Source: Candidatus Fokinia solitaria
Lineage (GTDB): Bacteria; Pseudomonadota; Alphaproteobacteria; Rickettsiales; Midichloriaceae
NCBI RefSeq assembly: GCF_003072485.1
Contig: NZ_CP025989.1
Span: 420,001 to 452,000 of the forward strand
DNA: 32,000 nucleotides
Reading direction: 5' to 3'
The notes under the pieces are model-generated. The model was not told the origin of the DNA and did no database searches. It saw only the letters and a program-made list of their open reading frames with translations. The position numbers and the translations under genes were made by a program. This document shows, one piece after another, positions 1-7,766 of the stretch (its first letter is position 1; each line of letters starts with the position of its first letter).

Positions 1-5
1 AGAAT

Positions 6-389
6 TTATTTTATTTCTACAGTACAACCAGCAGTTTTTAGTGTATTTGCAAATCCTTCTGCTTCCTGCTTAGTTACATCGCTTCTAAGAACTTTCGCGC
101 CTCCTGATGTAAGTTCATCAGCAATCGCCTTAGCTGCAACGAGACCATCAAGCGCACCGACTTCTTTAATTGCTTTCATTGCATCCATCCTCTTATTAGG
201 ATCTATTGCAGTAATAATCACATCAAAAGCTGTCTTTTCCTGCGCTTCTGCAGCAGGTGCCGCTGCACTAGCAGCAACCGCAACAGGCGCTGCAGCGGAA
301 ACTCCCCAAGCTTCCTCTAAATCTTTTACCAAAGTCGCGATTTCAGCAACAGACAATTCTGAAAGAGTCTTTATCAAATCGTTTTTCAT
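6..389 (-). CDS. rplL: 50S ribosomal protein L7/L12
   Basis: 127-aa product. It has the N-terminal helix MKNDLIKTLSELSVAEIATLVKDLEEAWGV, an Ala/Pro-rich hinge, and a C-terminal domain ...KAIKEVGALDGLVAAKA...EAEGFANTLKTAGCTVEIK typical of L7/L12. I prefer the ATG at 389 over the upstream in-frame start at 422. Confidence 0.93.
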   Translation of the reverse strand: MKNDLIKTLSELSVAEIATLVKDLEEAWGVSAAAPVAVAASAAAPAAEAQEKTAFDVIITAIDPNKRMDAMKAIKEVGALDGLVAAKAIADELTSGGAKVLRSDVTKQEAEGFANTLKTAGCTVEIK

Positions 390-512
390 AACGTTACTAT
401 GGAAATTACAATTAAAAGTCATGTATTAACGATAGTAACATACAACACGTTATGGCGAAAAGCTATTGAAAATTACACTAATCTCAGAGAAATCGCAGAT
501 TGTTATAAACAA

Positions 513-803
513 TTAAACGCTTTTTGAATTTTTAGCTAAATTCAGCATCACAGCATGTTTCACACTCTTTGCACTATGCATGTTTAAGTAATGCACTACA
601 ACGCTATCCTGCTCTTTGCCATACATTTGGATCATACCAAACCCTGGTATTGACACAGTTGCGTACGACATTACAGCGCCCATTATATTTCTACAGAAAG
701 AATCCCATATCTTATATGCATCATTCTTAGTGATGTTATGCTCTCTCATAAGCGCTTCTACCACTTTTTGAGAATGCATTACATTTTCTATCTCTACGTT
801 CAT
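513..803 (-). CDS. Divergent HU/IHF-fold DNA-binding protein (arm motif not recognisable)
   Basis: 96-aa ORF. The segment ITKNDAYKIWDSFCRNIMGAV...VSIPGFGMIQM resembles the helical body and GFGxF strand of HU/IHF. The conserved RNPxT arm is absent. The call rests on remembered family patterns only. Confidence 0.5.
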   Translation of the reverse strand: MNVEIENVMHSQKVVEALMREHNITKNDAYKIWDSFCRNIMGAVMSYATVSIPGFGMIQMYGKEQDSVVVHYLNMHSAKSVKHAVMLNLAKNSKSV

Positions 804-951
804 ACAGAAAAAACTTTACTTATCTACGTTTATACGGACTATATATACACTATTTAGTGCAAAATACCAATATATCCGATAAAAAAAAGTACATCTAATA
901 TGTAGGAAATATAAAATTAAACTATCTTATTTGCCTGAAAAAGTAATACCT

Positions 952-2133
952 TTATTTTGTGCGCACAAGATTTTTATTTGCTTCATTAGCTATTATGTTT
1001 AATTGCTTATCCTGTTTTGTTATACGTGCCAAATCTTCCACTACTTTTTTGAAATCATTACTTGTTATCGTTGTTTGTGTGTTTGAATCTTTTTTCGTCC
1101 CAAAAATCTTTGCTGCTGCTGCATCGCCCATCATCTCAAATGAAGGCATAGGTACTTCATAACCTTTTATCTCCGGAGAAGACTTTGTTGCGTTTGGAAG
1201 CGTATTACTTTTACCCAAATAGCGCGATGTTACTTTCTTAATTATGTGTAAAGCAAGAAATCCAGCCCCCATAAGTATTGCAGCGTGTGGTAAAAACTTC
1301 ATATTTCCTAACAATTTTGTCATCGATAGTGCTTTTAAACCGACATATAAGCCTCCTACCGTTGCTGCAGCACTTACTCCTGTTACGGCATATTTCATTG
1401 CCATTGCACCTGTACGTTTAGCTCTACTGTTTTCATATTCTATGATGCATGGTGATACAGGAGATTGATTTGGAGAATACTGCTTAGTGCTACATATTTC
1501 TGCAGCAGCAGCAGTTTTTGCCATATTTTCAGGATCATTAATCTGTAATAGCATGGCTACTCGTGGTATATCGACAGGAGCAATATCAGCAGAGTTAAGA
1601 GAGATTGTTGTTACTGTTCCATTTCCTGAGACAGTATCTTGTAATTCTTGATATTTCTCACTGAGCGAAAGTGGTTTCTTTAGCGAAGAGAGTGTATTAC
1701 TACCTCCGGATAATGTGTTTGCATCGGTATAATTAAGAGGACTAGAGTGTACAGATTTCTTACATTTTTCTACATTACTATTAACTGTATTATAAAATTC
1801 CTGTAATTTTGGATTTTTAAGCAGTTCATCTTTATTTGGGCTTGTATCGGGAATTGTATAGAGTAATTTATTCAGTAGTACGTGAGAATAATATGCGAGT
1901 AAGCCATTACTTATAGCACTTTTTGAATCAGTACCTGGTGCAGGTTGTAACGAGTTATATTCCTTCGTTACATTATCGATCATCTGATTCAAAGTCTCAA
2001 TCTCTTCATTCTTCTTCTTCTCAGGTACTGAAGAAGAAATTGGCGTAATATTTCGCATCATAGAATCAAATTTTCCTTTTATATCTGATATTGCAGCTTG
2101 TGGCGATTGATTTTGTGACGTAACTTGTTGCAT
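952..2133 (-). CDS. Hypothetical protein with two adjacent hydrophobic helices (ORFan)
   Basis: Long uninterrupted 393-aa ORF in a dense region. There is no recognisable domain and no N-terminal signal peptide. Two hydrophobic segments lie at about aa 243-270 and 279-298 (nt about 1240-1407). The N terminus is polar and Q/S/N-rich. Confidence 0.6.
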   Translation of the reverse strand: MQQVTSQNQSPQAAISDIKGKFDSMMRNITPISSSVPEKKKNEEIETLNQMIDNVTKEYNSLQPAPGTDSKSAISNGLLAYYSHVLLNKLLYTIPDTSPNKDELLKNPKLQEFYNTVNSNVEKCKKSVHSSPLNYTDANTLSGGSNTLSSLKKPLSLSEKYQELQDTVSGNGTVTTISLNSADIAPVDIPRVAMLLQINDPENMAKTAAAAEICSTKQYSPNQSPVSPCIIEYENSRAKRTGAMAMKYAVTGVSAAATVGGLYVGLKALSMTKLLGNMKFLPHAAILMGAGFLALHIIKKVTSRYLGKSNTLPNATKSSPEIKGYEVPMPSFEMMGDAAAAKIFGTKKDSNTQTTITSNDFKKVVEDLARITKQDKQLNIIANEANKNLVRTK

Positions 2134-2213
2134 GACGACGATTTAGTAAATATTTCTTTTTTCAATTCTATCTTCTCTTTAATAAAATTTCAATAAGAAA
2201 TTATATCATTTAA

Positions 2214-3659
2214 TTATTTATCAATCGCTTTCAAATGGCTATGCACTCTGTAAACTATTTCGCTTCGTGCTAAAAGAGAGGTAATAAGTTTTATATCTGG
2301 CCCATTGCTTTCTCCAAACATAAGACTTCTTCTGATGCACTGTATCAAAGCACCTTTCTGTATTTTGACAGAAGAAGCAAGAATAAATAATGCATCAAGT
2401 ATTCCTTTTATTTCGTTTAAGGAAACTTGCTCACTATTGTCATTTTGTAGCAATATCAAGAATTGCTGTAATATAATACGGCAAGCGTCTTTATTTTCTT
2501 CTACTATGTGAGTGATAGCATCCTTATTAAAGGGCAATATATATTTTTCGACAAATAGTACTAATTCTTCAAGAGTATAAAATCTATCAACCAGTTCTTT
2601 GCAATTTATCGTTAGCTGTAACTTATCCATGTATAATTCATTCTGAATAAGAGAAGCTTTCGTACTATGAGTGCGCAACATCTCAATACAAGCGTGAAGT
2701 AAATCTTGTGGAGATGCATTTTTAATGTAATGGAGATTGATATTACGCAATTTAGCTATATCAAAACGAGATGGAGATTTAGAAATTTCATCTATGGAAA
2801 ATTTCGATAAAAGCATGGAAATATCTGCTATTTCTGTGGTACCATCTCCCCCCCATCCAAGTCTTATAAGATAGTTGCGTAAAGCTTCCGGGAGGTACCC
2901 CATTTTTTTATACTCTTCTACAGATATAGCGCCTTTTCTTTTAGATAATTTATGTCCATCCATATCGTGGATTAGAGGGATATGAGTGTATTTCGGTATA
3001 TTCCATTTCATACCGTTATATATGAGAATTTGACGAAATGTATTAGAAATATGATCATCTCCTCTGATCACATGGCTGATATTCATATCGTGATCATCTA
3101 CTACTACCGCAAGCATATAAGTAGGAGTACCATCAGATCTAAGCAATATCATGTCGTCTAATTCACTGCATGTAACGGTGAGTACTCCTCTTACGGTATC
3201 AGTAAAGGATACATACTCTGCATTATGTGCACAGTGTGACACCCTCAATCTTATTACTGGACTACGATCTTTTATTGGCGATGGAGGTACAGCTGCACTC
3301 CATGGACTGATAAGCTTCTTTGTAGGGTGTAACTGATGAAAGTCTTCTATCTCCTCTTTTGACATATAGCAATAATACGCCGCCCCTTTCTCCACAAGAG
3401 AATGTGCAACTTCTTGATGTCGAGTTTTATTGAGAGATTGAAAAACTGTTTCACCATCCCAGGTTATACCTAACCATAACATGCTATCTAATATTGAGCT
3501 GAGCGCATTTTCCTGCAGTCTCTGAGAATCTGTATCTTCTATTCTTAGTAGAAATTTTCCTCCATCCTTACGAGAAGTAAGCCAGTTGAAAAGTGCTGTA
3601 CGTGCAGAACCTATATGCAGATATCCACTAGGAGAAGGCGCGAAACGAGTTACTGTCAT
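2214..3659 (-). CDS. gltX: Glutamyl-tRNA synthetase
   Basis: TRFAPSPSGYLHIGSARTALFNWL carries the HIGH motif and KLSKRKG is the KMSKS-type motif. The RIEDTD and VVDDHDM blocks are typical of GluRS. The ATG at 3659 overlaps the upstream gene's TGA as ATGA. The ORF track starts at a TTG at 3665. Confidence 0.93.
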   Translation of the reverse strand: MTVTRFAPSPSGYLHIGSARTALFNWLTSRKDGGKFLLRIEDTDSQRLQENALSSILDSMLWLGITWDGETVFQSLNKTRHQEVAHSLVEKGAAYYCYMSKEEIEDFHQLHPTKKLISPWSAAVPPSPIKDRSPVIRLRVSHCAHNAEYVSFTDTVRGVLTVTCSELDDMILLRSDGTPTYMLAVVVDDHDMNISHVIRGDDHISNTFRQILIYNGMKWNIPKYTHIPLIHDMDGHKLSKRKGAISVEEYKKMGYLPEALRNYLIRLGWGGDGTTEIADISMLLSKFSIDEISKSPSRFDIAKLRNINLHYIKNASPQDLLHACIEMLRTHSTKASLIQNELYMDKLQLTINCKELVDRFYTLEELVLFVEKYILPFNKDAITHIVEENKDACRIILQQFLILLQNDNSEQVSLNEIKGILDALFILASSVKIQKGALIQCIRRSLMFGESNGPDIKLITSLLARSEIVYRVHSHLKAIDK

Positions 3660-4036
3660 GACCAAAATTCTAATCCTAATTTTTCGTAAATCGTCCTCAT
3701 AATAGGGAAGACAGAACCAATTACCTCAGCTTTATAAATAAAGAGTAATGTAAAGAGGTTTATAAATAGAAGTAGTAGCAAAAAGCCACAGACGACATTA
3801 AATATCATCTTCATTGCTTTTGAGTCGCTTTCCCTTGCAACATACTCAGCATTTTGAGGTATAACTGAGTGTACTGCATCATATTGCTCGGTGAGTTCTG
3901 GAATAAGATCTGACGCTTCTGCAAGCCATTCATGTTCGCATACGCCACATCGTACAAATCTTGGATGATCTACTAATAGAGTATTCTCAGATATTCTGAA
4001 TACTGCACCACAGTTATCGCAGCGTATGTTACTCAT
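3656..4036 (-). CDS. MJ0042-type zinc-ribbon protein with C-terminal transmembrane helix
   Basis: The N terminus MSNIRCDNCGAVFRISENTLLVDHPRFVRCGVCEHEW contains CxxC...CxxC. A hydrophobic stretch VVCGFLLLLLFINLFTLLFIY follows. I prefer the ATG at 4036 over the in-frame ATG at 4087. Confidence 0.65.
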   Translation of the reverse strand: MSNIRCDNCGAVFRISENTLLVDHPRFVRCGVCEHEWLAEASDLIPELTEQYDAVHSVIPQNAEYVARESDSKAMKMIFNVVCGFLLLLLFINLFTLLFIYKAEVIGSVFPIMRTIYEKLGLEFWS

Positions 4037-4224
4037 CTTTTTATAAATGGATACATCGTTAGTCGATGCAGTAAAGTACATCGTCAATAAGCGAAATTGT
4101 ATAATGATTACGGTAAAACTTCAACTATCCTGCTAAATGCTGCTTTAGTTGATATATGTAAAGATTTTTCCAATATCACTGTGAAAATAAGTATAAATAT
4201 TTCAATTCTATTTTGTAGTTGTGA

Positions 4225-4253
4225 TTGACATTAATAACGCTATTTAGTACGTT
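4225..4253 (+). promoter_or_regulatory. Candidate sigma70-type promoter for tRNA-Glu
   Basis: TTGACA at 4225-4230, a 17-nt spacer, then TACGTT at 4248-4253. The -10 element ends 10 nt before the mature tRNA 5' end at 4264. This is a sequence match only. Confidence 0.35.
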
Positions 4254-4263
4254 TGGTGGTGAA

Positions 4264-4338
4264 GACCCCTTCGTCTAGCGGTTAGGACACCACCCTTTCA
4301 CGGTGGTAACGCGGGTTCGATTCCCGCAGGGGTCACCA
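4264..4338 (+). tRNA. tRNA-Glu (anticodon UUC)
   Basis: Hand-folded cloverleaf. Acceptor GACCCCU/AGGGGUC. Anticodon arm CCACC-CUUUCAC-GGUGG. T arm GCGGG-UUCGAUU-CCCGC. Discriminator A, with CCA encoded at 4336-4338. Confidence 0.93.
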
Positions 4339-4370
4339 TACTTTCGATTGATATCGTAATCTACTTTGCG

Positions 4371-5360
4371 CTAATATTTCAGAATTGCGCCACCGAAAGT
4401 CATTCCTGCGCCTGCTGATAGTAGCATGACAGTGTTTCCTCTTCTAAGCTTTTGACTCTTTACTGCTTCTTCTAATGCCAATGGAATAGAAGCTGCAGAG
4501 GTGTTTGCATGCTTTTGTATAGTTGTCATAAATTTATCAGTATCTACTCTCAATATATCAGCAACATTGTGTATAATTCTGATATTCGCTTGATGTGGAA
4601 TAAACAAATCTATATCCGTTAAAGCTATTGAAGTTTTTTTCGCTAAAGAGTTTGCCATTTGCACCATACCATTTATGGCTTTCTTAAAAACATCTCTTCC
4701 ATTCATGTGTAGTTTACCACTTCCTAAAGGAGGATCTACGAATAGCGAACTAACTCCTTCTGCTTCAGTGACAATGTCTGTTTTTACAATACCAGCATTT
4801 TCACCAATATCTGAGAAATCATCCGCATTATCTGATAATAATACCGCAGAGGCACCGTCGCCAAACAGTATACACGTATTTCTATCACTCCAGTCTACAA
4901 GTTTAGACATAGTATCAACACCGACAAGAAGCGCTCTAAAAGGCGCTGAAGAAGACTGTTTATGAAGTGTATGCAGTCCATTTATCACATGTAAGCCATA
5001 TGTGAAGCCTGAACACGCCGCTTGAAGATCGAAGCTAAAGCACTTACCGTTCTTGATATCAAGCTTATTCTGAAGCATGTTAGCGGTAGACGGAAATGAT
5101 GAATCTTGAGTTGTAGTCGCAACTACTATGCAGTCAATATCACTAGGAGATATTGTTGTAGTACTTTCAAAAACTCTTTTGCATGCATTATACGACATCA
5201 ATGTGGTAGTTTCACTCTCTCCATCAGCTATATACCTTTGTGTTATCCCTGTTCTGCTTGTAATCCATTCATCGTTTGAATCTATTGTTGCTACGATATC
5301 AGCATTTGTCACGCATTTTGCGGGAATATATGAAGATACATTCAGTATGGATAGAAGCAT
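4371..5360 (-). CDS. fabH: 3-oxoacyl-ACP synthase III
   Basis: 329 aa. Active-site Cys context AACSGFTYGL, plus HQANIRI and GAGMTFGG blocks characteristic of FabH. Confidence 0.93.
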   Translation of the reverse strand: MLLSILNVSSYIPAKCVTNADIVATIDSNDEWITSRTGITQRYIADGESETTTLMSYNACKRVFESTTTISPSDIDCIVVATTTQDSSFPSTANMLQNKLDIKNGKCFSFDLQAACSGFTYGLHVINGLHTLHKQSSSAPFRALLVGVDTMSKLVDWSDRNTCILFGDGASAVLLSDNADDFSDIGENAGIVKTDIVTEAEGVSSLFVDPPLGSGKLHMNGRDVFKKAINGMVQMANSLAKKTSIALTDIDLFIPHQANIRIIHNVADILRVDTDKFMTTIQKHANTSAASIPLALEEAVKSQKLRRGNTVMLLSAGAGMTFGGAILKY

Positions 5361-5423
5361 TGTACTTTCGATATATTATTAATATGCGATAAATTCTATC
5401 ACAGAGTGCTTATAATAACTATA

Positions 5424-5960
5424 TTAATCAAATTCCGGCTCTGTTTTTACTTTTATCCCTGTAGTTCTTTCCAGCATCGTATTTTCTTCTCTAAGCTTTA
5501 TTAATTCCAAGCAAGCTACGACCCCTTCTCTACTACAGATAATCACTTCTTCTTCGTTCATTTTAGGATCGATTACGGTTATGCCAATTGGCATATTTTG
5601 AATTGTCGCAAAATTTGTAATGCTGTTGATTAAGTTACAGATAACTGAATACTTATCAAATACTGAAGGAAATGGTATTACATCACCTATAACGATTATT
5701 ACACCTAGCAATTCTCTAGACTCAAACAGTATGTTCATAAAAACGGAAGCTTCAAATATCCTATTTTTTAAGGCATACACTTCGGGTTCTATCTTACTTG
5801 ATGCCAATATCTCTTGAATGGTACTGATAGAGCGTATGAGAAGCTTACTTTCTTCTCCTAGTACTAACATCAAGACTCTGTTTATATACATTAAAACATT
5901 AACATTTATTGCAATGCGATCTACTTTAGCGTTACTATATCCATAGTAAAGATATATCAT
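5424..5960 (-). CDS. Hypothetical protein (ORFan)
   Basis: 178-aa ORF filling the gap between fabH and miaA. No domain is recognised with confidence and the start codon is uncertain (in-frame ATGs at 5960, 5891 and 5870). There is a weak resemblance to Roadblock/LC7-type folds (GVIIVIGDVIPFPS). Confidence 0.45.
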   Translation of the reverse strand: MIYLYYGYSNAKVDRIAINVNVLMYINRVLMLVLGEESKLLIRSISTIQEILASSKIEPEVYALKNRIFEASVFMNILFESRELLGVIIVIGDVIPFPSVFDKYSVICNLINSITNFATIQNMPIGITVIDPKMNEEEVIICSREGVVACLELIKLREENTMLERTTGIKVKTEPEFD

Positions 5961-6142
5961 CTTCTTTACACTGTATATTCGAGAGTCTTGTGTTGTTTTG
6001 GAATGAAATTTTCTTCAATTTCATGAAAGATATAGCAGTTTCACAGGTAAATAGTAGTAAAAGTATATAATCATATTTTAGCTTCAAAAGTGTGACTGAT
6101 GGAAGGAAGTTTCGTTTTATTTCGCATGATATTACCACTGAA

Positions 6143-6910
6143 ATGTGTACGACGGAGCATGCGCTAAGATATTTGTGCGCGGCAGCAAGAGATAAGGAAA
6201 CGATTTTGTTTATCTATGGAGAGACTTGTAGTGGAAAATCCGATTTCGCAATGAAGCTTGCGAATATGTTTCCAGCATGCATTATTAATGCCGATTCTAC
6301 TCAAGTATACAAAGAAGTAGATGTACTTACAGATCAACCATCGAATAGTATCAAAAGTAGAAAGTCGCACTACTTATACGGCTTTTATGATGTTTTGAAT
6401 AAAAAACGCTTTTGTGTTGCAGATTGGTTTTATATGGCATTGGAAGAAATATCATATGCAAGCGAAAATGATGTCACTCCAATAGTGGTAGGAGGCACAG
6501 GACTTTACATGTATGTTCTCCTTCATGGTCTACTATCTGCAACAAAGGAAGGAGTGAGGCAACTTATTCATAAAGGATTAAAGGAGCGTTATAAGAAAGT
6601 TGTATGCGCATGGCTTCATCCCGATAGAAGATTTTTATATGATAAAATAAATTACAGAACGAGTACTATTTTACATAATGGCGCTATCGAAGAAGTAGAA
6701 AATCTCATGAAGAGAGCTTATAACAGCAACTTTCCGCTAGAAGACATACCGCGTATTATAGGATTGCACGACATAATAAAACACCTCCAAAATGAACTAT
6801 CATATACACAACTCTTAGAAAGAATGCAGCAAAAGACGAGAAATTATGCTAAGAGGCAAGTAACATGGTTTTCACATAAGATGATCCCCGACATCATCGT
6901 AAAAGTCTAA
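6143..6910 (+). CDS. miaA: tRNA dimethylallyltransferase
   Basis: P-loop ILFIYGETCSGKS, INADSTQVYK, GGTGLY and YAKRQVTWF blocks. The ORF is open from a GTG at 6092. The first ATG is at 6143, so the start is uncertain. Confidence 0.9.
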   Translation: MCTTEHALRYLCAAARDKETILFIYGETCSGKSDFAMKLANMFPACIINADSTQVYKEVDVLTDQPSNSIKSRKSHYLYGFYDVLNKKRFCVADWFYMALEEISYASENDVTPIVVGGTGLYMYVLLHGLLSATKEGVRQLIHKGLKERYKKVVCAWLHPDRRFLYDKINYRTSTILHNGAIEEVENLMKRAYNSNFPLEDIPRIIGLHDIIKHLQNELSYTQLLERMQQKTRNYAKRQVTWFSHKMIPDIIVKV

Positions 6911-6958
6911 TTGGTGCAAAAATTGCAATTAAGGAAAAATTCTAGTGCAACTTATATT

Positions 6959-7201
6959 TTAACTTTCGTCTGCTTTTTTAACTCCAGCAGTACGATGTAC
7001 AACCCTTCCCTTTCTCAAGTCATACGGACTTATCTCTACTGTTACCCTATCTCCTACCAATATCTTAATTCTGTTCTTTCTCATCTTTCCAGAAGTATAA
7101 GCAATAATCTGATGCTGATTATCTAACTCCACTCTAAACATGGCATTAGGTAAAAGTTCAGTAACCTTACCATGCATTTCTATCATATCATCCTTACTCA
7201 T
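6959..7201 (-). CDS. infA: Translation initiation factor IF-1
   Basis: 80 aa. [59 protein letters not shown] is a near-canonical IF-1 S1-fold sequence. Confidence 0.94.
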   Translation of the reverse strand: MSKDDMIEMHGKVTELLPNAMFRVELDNQHQIIAYTSGKMRKNRIKILVGDRVTVEISPYDLRKGRVVHRTAGVKKADES

Positions 7202-7240
7202 CTAGATATCGCATACATAAACAATTACAAAGAAAAACGG

Positions 7241-7313
7241 CACGTCTAAAAGGATTTGAACCTTTGACCTTTACCTCCGGAGGGTAACGCTCTATCCACT
7301 GAGCTATAGACGC
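7241..7313 (-). tRNA. tRNA-Arg (anticodon CCG)
   Basis: Hand-folded from the reverse complement. Acceptor GCGUCUA/UAGACGU (terminal G-U). D arm GCUC-AGUGGAUA-GAGC. Anticodon arm UUACC-CUCCGGA-GGUAA. T arm AAAGG-UUCAAAU-CCUUU. CCA is not encoded. Confidence 0.88.
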
Positions 7314-7355
7314 ATGAGACACTTACTATAAAAAACTTCATGAAGATCATCAACT

Positions 7356-7679
7356 TCAAGATGAGAATTCAGGAATTTGCTGCCCTTCTTTGAGAGTTAC
7401 AATAGCTTTCTTATAACCGGAAACAACGCCCTTTTTACCGCGAAATACTCTCGTAGAAGGCTTCACATTAATCACATTTACTTTATCAACGCCTGCACTT
7501 AAAAACTTCTCTACCGCCTTTTGTATAAGTAATTTTGTGGCATCTTTTGACACAACTAAGACGTACTTTTTCTTATCCTTTTCTCCATCTTTTGAAGTTA
7601 CCTTCATGTTTTTCAGCAATTCGGTTTTTTCCGAAAACTTCACGCTCTTTATAACGTCATACAGACTATTGATCGGCAT
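7356..7679 (-). CDS. rplW: 50S ribosomal protein L23
   Basis: MPINSLYDVIKSVKFSEKT...VVSKDATKLLIQKAVEKF...VDKVNVINVK...FRGKKGVVSGYKKAIVTLKEGQQI matches the L23 pattern (YDVI..P..SEK, DA.K..I..AVE, KKA.VTL.EGQ). I prefer the ATG at 7679 over the upstream in-frame start at 7742. Confidence 0.87.
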   Translation of the reverse strand: MPINSLYDVIKSVKFSEKTELLKNMKVTSKDGEKDKKKYVLVVSKDATKLLIQKAVEKFLSAGVDKVNVINVKPSTRVFRGKKGVVSGYKKAIVTLKEGQQIPEFSS

Positions 7680-7766
7680 ATCTAATATGATTTTAGCATA
7701 TAATATCTCACGTAATGTACACGTAAAATTGCTCTTTCGCAATTAGTATTTACTTATAGGCGTGTC

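Noticed and set aside
2151-4212. Shared 12-mer TTTCAATTCTAT in two spacers (about 2159-2171 and 4199-4211)
   Set aside because: This is an AT-rich 12-mer. Given the number of pairwise comparisons in 32 kb, many such coincidences are expected.
5935-7126. Small ORFs at 5935-6138 (-), 6164-6370 (-) and 6911-7126 (+)
   Set aside because: The first overlaps the 5' end of the 5424-5960 ORF and runs across the spacer into the miaA start region. The second is antisense to miaA. The third is antisense to infA. None has a recognisable motif or ribosome-binding site.
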